Source of the DNA: Nitrospinota bacterium
GTDB lineage: Bacteria > Nitrospinota_A > UBA7883 > JACRGQ01
NCBI GenBank assembly: GCA_016200345.1
Contig: JACQEX010000058.1
Span: 1-53,233 of the forward strand
DNA length: 53,233 nt
Direction: 5' to 3'
Both the position numbers and the translations under genes were made by a program. This document shows positions 19,501 through 28,569 of the stretch, piece by piece. The notes under the pieces are model-generated. The model did not search any database. It saw nothing but the letters and a program-made list of their open reading frames with translations, and was not told the origin of the DNA. Position 1 is the first letter of the stretch. Each line of letters begins with the position of its first letter.

Positions 19501-20010
19501 TCATTCGTCCCTCTTTTTTCGCATCAACTCTCTTTGTCTCGAGAACACATAGTGCACTATGCGGTCTCGTATATCTTCGCTCATCGGGAGGTAGTTTAGC
19601 AATAGCCCCCCGTCGGCGTACCTCAAAACTTTCGCTCCGATGTACAACGCCAAGGGGGTGGCCGATGGGAGGAGGGTTTTTATCTCCACTAGGGCGTCCA
19701 CTTGGAACTGCTCCTGCCCGTAAATCTTTATTCCTCCTCCGCTAATTTCGACCCTCCTATAAGGAAGCTGGCTAAACTCGCCGTGCTCCTTGTGAAGAAG
19801 GGTCAGAACCGCGTCCAGCTTCGCATCCAGCACCCTTAACCAGGTCTGAAGTACTTTATCGTCAAGTTCCGGTAAATCCTTTACTTCCGTCAGTTGAATA
19901 TCCGTGGCCATCCTCGTGCCAAGGCGTTCCTCCCCCTCCGAGAGGGGGGTCAAAGTGATGGGTATAAACGCCTCCACGCAGGAATAGGAGCCGTGCAGAG
20001 AATTATCCAT
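19501..20010 (-). CDS. PilZ-like domain protein
   Basis: LDAKLDAVL helix, VEISGGGI, and RDRIVHYVFSRQRE C-terminal helix typical of PilZ proteins; no RxxxR motif. Confidence 0.7.
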   Translation of the reverse strand: MDNSLHGSYSCVEAFIPITLTPLSEGEERLGTRMATDIQLTEVKDLPELDDKVLQTWLRVLDAKLDAVLTLLHKEHGEFSQLPYRRVEISGGGIKIYGQEQFQVDALVEIKTLLPSATPLALYIGAKVLRYADGGLLLNYLPMSEDIRDRIVHYVFSRQRELMRKKRDE

Positions 20011-20189
20011 CTACCTCCCAGCCGCCTTTCGCATGCCATATTCATACATAAAGCGGGGAAAACTGCAAGCAAACTATCTGGGGGGCGCGTAGGGGGTTGG
20101 GTAGGGCCTTAATGTCTAGGAATATTTTAATGCGCGTATTATACGCTAGCATGAGATTGACGGGAGGAATTAAACAGAAAGATTTAAGA

Positions 20190-20351
20190 AGCGTATATTT
20201 TCCGAGTATGAAAAATAGTTTTTATTGGTCGTCCACTGCCTACGAGGTCTATCAAGACCGCGTGTTGGTCGTCTTCTTTAACGATGGCAACGTCGGCCAC
20301 ACCGGCAAGAACGACGCAAACTACGCCCGTTGCGTCCGCCGCTGACAGTGA
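20190..20351 (+). pseudogene. Fragment of a DUF1566 (Lcl C-terminal, CLec-fold) domain, DGR variable-region-like
   Basis: FP...FYWSSTAY......VVFFNDGNV....KND.NYARCVR matches the DUF1566 C-terminus; the rest of the domain is absent. Confidence 0.7.
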
Positions 20352-20364
20352 GCCGATTATTTGA

Positions 20365-21519
20365 TTAACTGGCGCTTTCCCTCAAATATTTTAGAAAGGC
20401 TGGAAGGTTGCAGGATATGCGGTGCTCGTCGCCGGATGACCGACTGGTTTGAGATATAAGGAAGCTTCTCGAGGCTTTTATCATTTCCGCCGTTTTATCC
20501 AACCGCGCCATGTCCGCTGGCGACGGCGAAGACGTCAGTTTTATTTCGACAGCCCACAGTTCTTTTCCGAAGTCCAAGACCAGGTCTAATTCGTGTTGGT
20601 CGCTTGATCTGAAGTGGTAGGCGTCGACCTTCCGTCCAATCGCCGAAAGCTCCCCCAACGCCTGCTCAATGACGAAGCCCTCCCAGCTCGCGCCGACCCA
20701 TGGTTGCGCCATCAAGGTGCGCTCGTTTGGTACGTTAAGCAAGGCATGAAGCAGGCCGCTGTCACGCCAGTAGACCTTAGGCGTTTTAACAAGGCGCTTA
20801 CGGATATTGGTTTGAAACGACGGCAACCGTCTTATCAGGAAAGCGCCCACCAAGTAATCAAGGTACGTGTTGACGGTATGGTACGAGAGACCAAGGCTTT
20901 GACCAACCTGTGAGGCGTTCCAAGCCTGTCCATGAAGTGCCGCCAGCATGCGAAGCAGACGATCCGTAGTTTGCGGTTTTGATGGCAGGCCCCATGCCGG
21001 CAGGTCGCGTTGGGTTAAAAGCGAAACGTAGTCTTGTTGCCATCGCGGATACTGCTTTGGAACCAGCACTCCGCCGTCCGGGTATCCCCCGCACATCCAG
21101 CGTCTCGCGCCCGAATCTTTCGTTTTCAACTCTGTTATGAGAAACGGGGTCAACTCCACCAACGATAGGCGTCCGGCAAGAGATTCCGAAACCTGAACCA
21201 TAAGGGAAGGGGACACGGATCCAAGTAGAAGAAATCGTCCGTTTCGTTTGCGCTTACTATCTATGGCTCCGCGTAGGCGAGAGAATATGTCGGGCCAAGT
21301 TTGGGCCTCGTCCAATATCACCATGTCCTTCCCGTCCGCCAGACGGTTCCACTCAAGATCCAAGCGAAGGCGTTCGGAATTTTGCTCTAGGTCAAAATAG
21401 AGTCCCCCCATCGACCGAGCAAGGGTGGTCTTTCCGCATTGGCGGGGTCCAACTAATGCCACTGCCGGGCTGGAGTCCAGCCGCTCAACGATCTGCAGGC
21501 GAACCAACCTATTAATCAT
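20365..21519 (-). CDS. AAA+ ATPase (AAA_14 plus DUF4143)
   Basis: GPRQCGKTT, ILDEAQ, LLGS, ESLAGR, GGYP, KRLVKTPKVY..DSGL, ELDLV...VEIK. Confidence 0.92.
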   Translation of the reverse strand: MINRLVRLQIVERLDSSPAVALVGPRQCGKTTLARSMGGLYFDLEQNSERLRLDLEWNRLADGKDMVILDEAQTWPDIFSRLRGAIDSKRKRNGRFLLLGSVSPSLMVQVSESLAGRLSLVELTPFLITELKTKDSGARRWMCGGYPDGGVLVPKQYPRWQQDYVSLLTQRDLPAWGLPSKPQTTDRLLRMLAALHGQAWNASQVGQSLGLSYHTVNTYLDYLVGAFLIRRLPSFQTNIRKRLVKTPKVYWRDSGLLHALLNVPNERTLMAQPWVGASWEGFVIEQALGELSAIGRKVDAYHFRSSDQHELDLVLDFGKELWAVEIKLTSSPSPADMARLDKTAEMIKASRSFLISQTSRSSGDEHRISCNLPAFLKYLRESAS

Positions 21520-21526
21520 GCCATGT

Positions 21527-21554
21527 ATTATAGAATATAATTTCTATTTTGCAA
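21527..21554 (-). promoter_or_regulatory. Sigma70-type promoter of the ATPase gene (likely leaderless)
   Basis: Minus strand TTGCAA, 16 nt, TATAAT, ending 7 nt before ATG 21519; no RBS. Confidence 0.55.
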
Positions 21555-21687
21555 CAATTGTCAGGCGTTGCGTTCTTAAGTATCGAGGTCGAGGGTGAGG
21601 AGTGACCGAAAACGTAGTTCGTGTGACTAATGCACTACCGCCTCACCCACGCTGGTATCCGCGGATAAAGCGGGGTAGAATCATGAA

Positions 21688-23238
21688 ATGCGAAATAAAA
21701 ATGTTCCGGTGGTGGTTCTTTGCATACTCGACGGGTGGGGGCATAATCCCAACGAATATGGCAACGCAATAAAAGCGGGCAAAACGCCGAATTTTGACGT
21801 TCTGAACGACAAATATCCGCCCGTCCTAGTGAACGCGTCCGGCGAGGCGGTCGGCCTCCCCGAGGGGCAGATGGGCAACTCCGAGGTGGGGCATCTCAAC
21901 ATCGGCGCCGGAAGGGTGGTCATGCAGGAACTCCCCAAAATAAATTCCGCCATCAATAACGGCTCATTCTTTTCCAATCCCGTAATCACCGAGGGGATGC
22001 AAAAGGCGCGCGACGCCGGGGCGGGATATCACCTTGTCGGGCTTTTGTCCGACGGCGGGGTGCACAGCCACATCGGCCATCTGGAGGCGTTCCTCGAAAA
22101 GGCCAAAAGAGAGGGGCTTACCAAAGTTTACGTCCACGCGATGATGGACGGGCGCGACACCTCGCCCACGGCTGGCGCGGAATACATGGCGCAACTTACA
22201 AACGTGGTTAATGAAAAAGGCGTCGGGAAAATCGCCGTCGTATGCGGACGGTATTACGGAATGGACAGGGACAACCGCTGGGAGCGCGTCCAGAGGGCCT
22301 ACAACGCGATGGTTCGCGGCGAGGGGGCGCTTAAGACCAACCCCGTGGCGGCGCTTAAGGAATCGTATGCAAAGGAAATCACCGACGAATTTATAGAGCC
22401 GACCGTGATTGTAAACTCCCACGGAGCGCCGGAGGGGATTATACGAAAAGGGGACGTGGTCCAATTTTTCAACTTTCGTTCCGACCGCGTGCGCGAGATG
22501 GTGCGCGCGTTGAACGACGACGATTTTAAGGGGTTCGACAGGGGCGCAAAACCGGGGGTGCATATTTACTGCATCACGGAATACAGCGAGGATTTTGACC
22601 TGCCGGTTGCGTTCGACACGCGCCCGCCGAAAAACGGGCTCGGCGAGGTTTTTTCAACTCTCGGCCTTAAACAGTTTAGGACGGCGGAGACGGAGAAATA
22701 TCCGCACGTGACGTTTTTCTTCAACGGCGGATTGGAGACCGTCTACGAGGGGGAGACGCGCAAGATGGTTCCATCCCCGAAGGTGGCGACATACGACCTT
22801 CAGCCGGAGATGAGCGCCGTGGAGGTTACGGACGGCGTTGTTTCCGCCGTCATCGGAAACGAGTACGACGCGGTTATAGTGAACATCGCAAACGGAGACA
22901 TGGTGGGGCACACCGGCGTTTTTCCCGCCGCCGTGAAGGCTGTGGAGACCGTTGACCAATGCGTCGGACGGATTATGGATGCGGTGAACAAGGTCGGCGG
23001 TTATTTGGTTTTAACGGCGGATCACGGCAACATCGAGGAAAAGCTGGACAAAAATAACCAGCCGATAACGGCGCACAGCACCAACCCGGTTCCGCTTTAC
23101 GTTTACGGGCCTCGGCCGGTCGTGATGTCCAAAACCGCAGGGGCGTTGTGCGACGTCGCGCCGACGGTGCTGAAGCTGATGGGAATCAAACAGCCGCCGG
23201 AGATGACCGGCAGGCCGCTGTTTGATTTTGCGTCGTGA
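21688..23238 (+). CDS. gpmI: 2,3-bisphosphoglycerate-independent phosphoglycerate mutase
   Basis: ILDGWG, GQMGNSEVGH, SDGGVHSH, AETEKYPHVTFFFNGG, DMVGHTG, TADHGN. Confidence 0.97.
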   Translation: MRNKNVPVVVLCILDGWGHNPNEYGNAIKAGKTPNFDVLNDKYPPVLVNASGEAVGLPEGQMGNSEVGHLNIGAGRVVMQELPKINSAINNGSFFSNPVITEGMQKARDAGAGYHLVGLLSDGGVHSHIGHLEAFLEKAKREGLTKVYVHAMMDGRDTSPTAGAEYMAQLTNVVNEKGVGKIAVVCGRYYGMDRDNRWERVQRAYNAMVRGEGALKTNPVAALKESYAKEITDEFIEPTVIVNSHGAPEGIIRKGDVVQFFNFRSDRVREMVRALNDDDFKGFDRGAKPGVHIYCITEYSEDFDLPVAFDTRPPKNGLGEVFSTLGLKQFRTAETEKYPHVTFFFNGGLETVYEGETRKMVPSPKVATYDLQPEMSAVEVTDGVVSAVIGNEYDAVIVNIANGDMVGHTGVFPAAVKAVETVDQCVGRIMDAVNKVGGYLVLTADHGNIEEKLDKNNQPITAHSTNPVPLYVYGPRPVVMSKTAGALCDVAPTVLKLMGIKQPPEMTGRPLFDFAS

Positions 23239-23244
23239 TAATTT

Positions 23245-23345
23245 CGGTAGGTACAGGGCCTCAGCCATGTACTTGTTGCCCCGAAGTGGCAAGAATTCAT
23301 CATGCCTTCGGCATGAAGTACACACTAAAGAGTGTGTACCCACCG
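23245..23345 (-). repeat. Family A multi-hairpin element, copy 3
   Basis: Reverse strand CGGTGGGTACACACTCTTTAGTGTGTAC...GGCCCTGTACCTACCG. Confidence 0.8.
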
Positions 23346-23359
23346 GGGGGGCACTTGCA

Positions 23360-25168
23360 ATGAGGGCGCCGGAAACTCTTTCCGATTTTATTTCCGCGCT
23401 CGAATCAGCGGGCGAATTGGTGCGAATCCGCGAGAAGGTCAGCCCATTGCTCGAAATAACCGAGATAACCGACAGGGTCTGCAAAACCCCCGGCGGCGGC
23501 AAGGCGCTCCTTTTTGAAAACGTGGAGGACTCCTCCATGCCGGTGCTTATAAACGCGTTCGGTAGCGACAACAGAATGAAAATAGCTTTCGGCTCCTCCC
23601 CGCGCGAAATCGCGGCAAAAATTGAAAAACTCGTAAAGACGGCGCCGCCCGAGACGCTGGGGGATAAACTAAAACTTCTGGGGACTCTTCTAGACATTAG
23701 AAAAACACAGCCGAAAAAAATATCCGGCTCCGCCCCGTGCCAGGAGGTCGTGATGACCGGCGCGGACGTGGACCTCAACAAAATCCCGGTTTTAAAATGC
23801 TGGCCCAACGACGCGGGGAGGTTCGTAACCTTTCCGTTGGTTTTTACAAAATCGCTGGACGGCAGGCGGAACGTCGGGATGTACAGGCTCCAGATTTTCG
23901 ACAAGAACACGACCGGGATGCACTGGCACATACACAAGGACGGCGCGCATAATTTTCACGACTACAAAAAGGCGGGTAAACGAATGCCGGTCGCCGTCGC
24001 AATTGGCACCGACCCGGCCACGACCTATTCCGCCACGGCGCCCCTGCCGAGGGGGGTGGACGAGCTGATGCTCTCCGGCTTTATTCGCAACAAGCCGGTG
24101 CGAATCGTAAAATGCAAGACGATTGACATGTGGGTTCCGGCGGACGCAGAGATAATTTTGGAGGGATACGTTGACCCCGCCGAGCCGTTTCGGATTGAGG
24201 GCCCGTTTGGCGACCACACCGGCTATTACTCGCTCGCCGACTACTACCCGCTGTTTCACGTTACGGCCGTCACCACGCGGAAAAATCCCGTTTATTTCAC
24301 GACGATTGTCGGTAAGCCGCCGATGGAGGACTGCTACATGGGTCGCGCCACCGCCGATATTTTTCTTCCGCTGTTGCAGATGGTGAACCCGGAGATAACC
24401 GGCATGGATTTACCGTGGGAGGGGGTTTTTCACAACTGCGTTGTCGTCTCGATGGAAAAACAATATCCCTACGCCGCGCACAGGCTGATGAACGCCTTGT
24501 GGGGCGCGGGGCAGATGAGCTTTGCAAAGATGATATTGGCCGTTGACTCCGGCGTGGACGTGCGCGACCACGGCGCGGTCTTTAGGAATTTGCTGAATAA
24601 TTTCGACGTCGCCGAGGACCTTTTTTATTCCAAGGGGGTGCTTGACGTTTTGGACCATTCGTCGCCGGACGCGATGCGCGGCTCCAAGCTTGGTCTTGAC
24701 GCGACGTCTCGCGGGTCTGCGGAGAAGGCGAGAAACAGGCCGCAGTTAATTCCCGTTGACGAGCAGGTGATTCGGCGGGGGTGCGAGGCGGCAGATCTAA
24801 AGTCATTTTCCGTGCCCGAAAAGAACACGGCAAATCGCGTTATAATATTCTCCGTGGACAAGCAAAACGGCGGTAAGTCAGCGGTGGAAAAGTTAATGGA
24901 TGCTGACGTGGGGCAAATGGCGAACATCGCCGTAATCGTGGACGCCTCGATTAAGGCAGGGGAGCATTCCACCGTCGCTTGGAAGCTTTTTAACAACACC
25001 GACCCGTTGCGCGACATCGTAAAAACAAAATGGGGCCTTCTGCTGGACGCGACAAAAAAAACGCCGGCCGACGGCCACGACAGGGAATGGCCGGACGACA
25101 TAGAGATGGACAAGACCACGAGGGAGAGGGTTGACGCACTCTGGCCCAAGCTGGGGGTTGCGGGATGA
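23360..25168 (+). CDS. UbiD-family (prFMN) decarboxylase, menaquinone/futalosine-pathway type
   Basis: GGKALLFENV, NVGMYRLQ, EGPFGDHTGYY, GKPP.ED, LWGAGQMSFAK; duplicated C-terminal domain; start at ATG 23360. Confidence 0.9.
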   Translation: MRAPETLSDFISALESAGELVRIREKVSPLLEITEITDRVCKTPGGGKALLFENVEDSSMPVLINAFGSDNRMKIAFGSSPREIAAKIEKLVKTAPPETLGDKLKLLGTLLDIRKTQPKKISGSAPCQEVVMTGADVDLNKIPVLKCWPNDAGRFVTFPLVFTKSLDGRRNVGMYRLQIFDKNTTGMHWHIHKDGAHNFHDYKKAGKRMPVAVAIGTDPATTYSATAPLPRGVDELMLSGFIRNKPVRIVKCKTIDMWVPADAEIILEGYVDPAEPFRIEGPFGDHTGYYSLADYYPLFHVTAVTTRKNPVYFTTIVGKPPMEDCYMGRATADIFLPLLQMVNPEITGMDLPWEGVFHNCVVVSMEKQYPYAAHRLMNALWGAGQMSFAKMILAVDSGVDVRDHGAVFRNLLNNFDVAEDLFYSKGVLDVLDHSSPDAMRGSKLGLDATSRGSAEKARNRPQLIPVDEQVIRRGCEAADLKSFSVPEKNTANRVIIFSVDKQNGGKSAVEKLMDADVGQMANIAVIVDASIKAGEHSTVAWKLFNNTDPLRDIVKTKWGLLLDATKKTPADGHDREWPDDIEMDKTTRERVDALWPKLGVAG

Positions 25169-25995
25169 TGACGCACAGAAACGGGGACGCCGGGGAGCTT
25201 CCGCCGCTGTTAAAAAAAATATTGGAGAACAAGGCGGACGAGGTTCGCGCGCGCAAGCGGCTTGTTTCGCAAGACGACATAAAAAAACGGTCGGCGGACG
25301 CGCCACCGGTCAGGCCGTTCGCGGGGAGCGTCCTTGCCTGCGAGTCGCGCCATAAAATCATCGCCGAGATAAAGCGTTTTTCGCCCGGCTCCTCAAAATT
25401 AAGGCGCGATTTCGACCCGCGCCGCATCGCCGAGGGCTACGAGGCATCCGGCGCCGCCGCGCTTTCGGTTCTTGCCGACACGGTCTTTTTCGGCGGCTCT
25501 CTCTCGATAATGTCCACGGCGCGGGATGCGGTCTCCCTGCCCGTTCTTTGCAAGGAATTTATAATTGACCCGTTTCAAATTTACGAGGCGCGCGCGTACG
25601 GGGCGGACGCGGTGCTTCTGATGGTCGTAAATTTTCCCGACAAGGAGCGGTTCAAGGAGATGGCGGACGTGGCGAAGGACGCCGGTCTGGAGGCGTTGTT
25701 GGAGATAAGCGACGAGGCCGATTTGGAATATCTGCCGAGGTCGCGCCCGAGCGTCATCATCAACAACAGAAATTTCAGGGATCCGGACTTAAAGGTGGAC
25801 GTTGCCACGACCACGAGGCTCGCGCCGCTCATCACCAACCCCCGCATATTGATAAGCGCGAGCGGGATACAAAGCGCCTACGAAATGGAGGAACTGCAAA
25901 AGTCGGGAGTCGACGCCTTTTTAATCGGAGGGCGGCTTATGACCGAGATGGACCCCGCCGCAGAGCTGGCCCGTCTGCTCGGGAAGCACAAATAA
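25165..25995 (+). CDS. trpC: Indole-3-glycerol phosphate synthase
   Basis: IIAEIKR.SP, ALSVL.D..FFGGS, PVL.KEFIID..QI.EAR..GADAVLL, INNRN, SASGI. Confidence 0.9.
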   Translation: MMTHRNGDAGELPPLLKKILENKADEVRARKRLVSQDDIKKRSADAPPVRPFAGSVLACESRHKIIAEIKRFSPGSSKLRRDFDPRRIAEGYEASGAAALSVLADTVFFGGSLSIMSTARDAVSLPVLCKEFIIDPFQIYEARAYGADAVLLMVVNFPDKERFKEMADVAKDAGLEALLEISDEADLEYLPRSRPSVIINNRNFRDPDLKVDVATTTRLAPLITNPRILISASGIQSAYEMEELQKSGVDAFLIGGRLMTEMDPAAELARLLGKHK

Positions 25996-26005
25996 AACAG
26001 CACAA

Positions 26006-26059
26006 TTAACCGTTTCTTAACGTCAACCCCACAATCCTTTAATATCGCCCGGATACAAT
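26006..26059 (+). promoter_or_regulatory. Pho-box-like direct repeats plus -10 element
   Basis: TTAAC 26006, TTAAC 26017, (degenerate 26028), TTAAT 26039 in 11-bp phase; TACAAT at 26054, 10 nt after the last repeat. Confidence 0.6.
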
Positions 26060-26089
26060 AGCCGCAATGCTAATCAATTTGGCAAGCAT

Positions 26090-27189
26090 ATGAGTAGTGA
26101 TAGAAAAACCTCCGAGACCGTCGTTTCATTTAACGACGCAAGGCCGTTGGAAACCCTTTTTACGCGGCTTGGTTGCGGATTCGGGCAAAACGTGTCGGTG
26201 GAGAATCTTCCATTTGCGAACGACGACGTAAGCATCGGCACCGAGAGCGAGTTGCAGACCTCCGTTCAGGGAAACGCCAACGACGTTGATTTGCCGCAGA
26301 CGATAAGGCAGTCCACCTTTTTTTCCAATCTTTACAAGCGAGCCTCAAGCGGAGAGACTAACAAAAAACCGATAAACAAAATAGAAAGGTATCTGGCCCG
26401 CGCCCCAGAAAACACGTGGGAGAACAGCTGGGTGCGGTTTCCCCGCCGGTATCTTTCGCCGTATGCCCAAAAAGTTCTCGGGCGCGATTTGTTGCTGGAC
26501 AAGGACGACCCGGCCTCCGGGTCGAGAAAAGACTCCGGGAAATTCGTTTTTCTTCAGGAGGGGGAGGAGTGGCTCAGGCTCCCGGTTAGCTATCTGTTAA
26601 AGTTGTCGCTCGCGGACGCGGTGGGGGACGGGCAGTTCTCCGTTTCAATCCGGAACAGGGGTGTGGCAATGCTCGACAACTTCCTAAATGACAACACCAG
26701 CCCGGAGACGCACTCTTTCTACTTGGCGCCTTCGGGTCAAAAAGTGAACGCCCCGCAGACGGCGGCCGACGAGTCGGCGCTGAGATTTTTTGTCTCCCAG
26801 CTCGCCGTGTTCTACGCCAACGAAAAGCTTGGGCTTGGCGCCAACAGGCAACGCGCGGTGGTTTACAACTCGCCGCATCCGCCCGTTCGGCAGAGGGAAT
26901 TGAACGACCTCGTGCCGGACTCCTTTGCCACGAGGTTCTTAGCAGAAGCTATTTAAACGCCGTGATAAAACTCCGCGACGCGGGGATAATAACAAGGAAT
27001 CTCGTGGTTCTGCCAAACACCTCCAACATCGCGCTTGCCAACAACGGAACGCACGTGAGCATTGGTAGCGCGATGATGACGAAGGCCATGGCAAGTCCGG
27101 GATCCGGACTCGGGCCGGGACACGAAAAATACGCGGGAGACCTGGCGAGGCGCTTGGGCGTTTTCAAAAGGCCAACCGACGGCCTTTAA
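26090..27189 (+). pseudogene. Broken conserved hypothetical protein, possibly carboxylate-amine ligase (GCS/GS-like) superfamily
   Basis: ORF 26090-26956 continues in another frame from about 26923 (LCHEVLSRSYLNAVIKLRDAGIITRNLVVLPNTSN..NNGTHVSIG) and ends abruptly after EKYAGDLA; GTESELQ and GTHV motifs. Confidence 0.65.
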
Positions 27190-28562
27190 CCGCTCTGCAC
27201 CCCGAGTTTAAGGAAGGGGGGAGAAATTTTATTCATTACCTCGCCCTGCGCCAGCTTGATTTAAAAGAGTTGCAACTTCGTCTGGCCCGCCACGGATTGT
27301 CTTCGCTTGGAAGATGCGAGTCCCACGTGTTGGACAACATCCGGCAGGTGGCGGATAGAATAAGCGATTCGCTGGGCATTCGCGGCGTAAGGCAAAAAAA
27401 GGCAAAGCGCGTTTCTTCCAAATTAAAGCCGCTTACATTGCATTCCGCCGAGGATATTTTAAGCCGCCACACCCGCGATTTATTGGGCAAAAAGCCTTTT
27501 GATAGAAACGTTTATATAATGGTCACGACGCCGCTTAAGGTGGATTTCAGCCCGACATGGGTCAGAAAGGCGCTTCGAGCCGGCGCGAATTTGTTTCGCG
27601 TCAACTGCTCCCACGACGCGGTGGCGGATTGGAGCGAGATTATCAAGACCATCCGGCAGATGTCCTCGGAGTTGGAAATTCCGTGCAGGATATTTATGGA
27701 TCTTGCCGGGCCAAAAATTCGAACGGCGTCCCCGGAGCCCAAAAAACTTTCCACCGGCGACTTCATTAGCCTCGTGGCGGAAATACACAACAAGAAAAAA
27801 GACGTTTTATGCAGTCTGCCGGAGGCGCTGAAGTTCGTGATGGTGGGGGAGAGGGTTGTGTTTGACGACGGAAAAATCAGTGCCGTGGTCGTGGGAAAGG
27901 ACGTCAACAAGGTTGATTTGGAAATTATAAGGACTCCGGGGCCCAAGGTAAAATTAAAGCGCGAAAAGGGGATTAATTTTCCGGACAGCCTGATAAGCGT
28001 ATCCGAGGTGACGGAACAGGATTTAAGAGACCTCGAATTTGCCGCCGTTCACGCGGACATCATCGGCCTGTCGTTTGTTCAAAGCCCGGAGGCGATTCGA
28101 AAAATTCGTCGCGAGATATCGGCGCGCACGACCCGTACCCTAGGCATAGTGCTAAAAATTGAGACGCAGGCGGGGTTTAGGGAGTTGCCGAAACTGCTCT
28201 TCGAGGCGATGCGCGAGTATCCGGCTGGCGTAATGATAGCAAGGGGAGACCTTGGCGTGGAGGTGGGTTTTGAGCGAATGGGGGAGGTTCAGGACGAGAT
28301 ACTCTGGCTTTGCGAATCGGCCCACGTGCCGGTGATATGGGCGACGCAGGTGCTGGAAAACCAGGCCAAGACCGGGATTCCGTCGCGGGCTGAGGTGACG
28401 GACGCGGCGTCGTCGGTGCGGGCCGAGTGCGTGATGTTAAACAAGGGGCCGTTTATAGACGAGACAATTCGCTCGCTGGACGACATATTGAAAAGGATGG
28501 AGGCCCATTCCCACAAGAAGCGGAGCGTCTACCGCAAGCTGAAAGTCGCAAAGTTGCTTTAG
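27147..28562 (+). CDS. pyk: Atypical pyruvate kinase (N-terminal helical extension, no C-terminal regulatory domain); 5' end apparently lost
   Basis: RVNCSH, DLAGPKIRT, KGINFP, KIET, MIARGDLGVE, WATQVLE, PSRAEVTD, CVMLNKG. Family-like N-terminus LHPEF...RNFIHYLALRQLDL lies upstream of the first TTG (27270) with no ATG/GTG/TTG back to TAG 27066. Confidence 0.8.
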   Translation, partial: EALGRFQKANRRPLTALHPEFKEGGRNFIHYLALRQLDLKELQLRLARHGLSSLGRCESHVLDNIRQVADRISDSLGIRGVRQKKAKRVSSKLKPLTLHSAEDILSRHTRDLLGKKPFDRNVYIMVTTPLKVDFSPTWVRKALRAGANLFRVNCSHDAVADWSEIIKTIRQMSSELEIPCRIFMDLAGPKIRTASPEPKKLSTGDFISLVAEIHNKKKDVLCSLPEALKFVMVGERVVFDDGKISAVVVGKDVNKVDLEIIRTPGPKVKLKREKGINFPDSLISVSEVTEQDLRDLEFAAVHADIIGLSFVQSPEAIRKIRREISARTTRTLGIVLKIETQAGFRELPKLLFEAMREYPAGVMIARGDLGVEVGFERMGEVQDEILWLCESAHVPVIWATQVLENQAKTGIPSRAEVTDAASSVRAECVMLNKGPFIDETIRSLDDILKRMEAHSHKKRSVYRKLKVAKLL

Positions 28563-28569
28563 TCGGAAA

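Noticed and set aside
20190-21680. Complete DGR or integron cassette array
   Set aside because: No reverse transcriptase, Avd, AAC-rich template repeat, integrase or convincing attC seen in the window.
23222-23359. N-terminal extensions in the ORF track for ubiD (also sucC, leuD, mrp, panE, rpsR, rfbC)
   Set aside because: They run through repeats, promoters or neighbouring genes; better starts with RBS or family-typical N-termini lie downstream.
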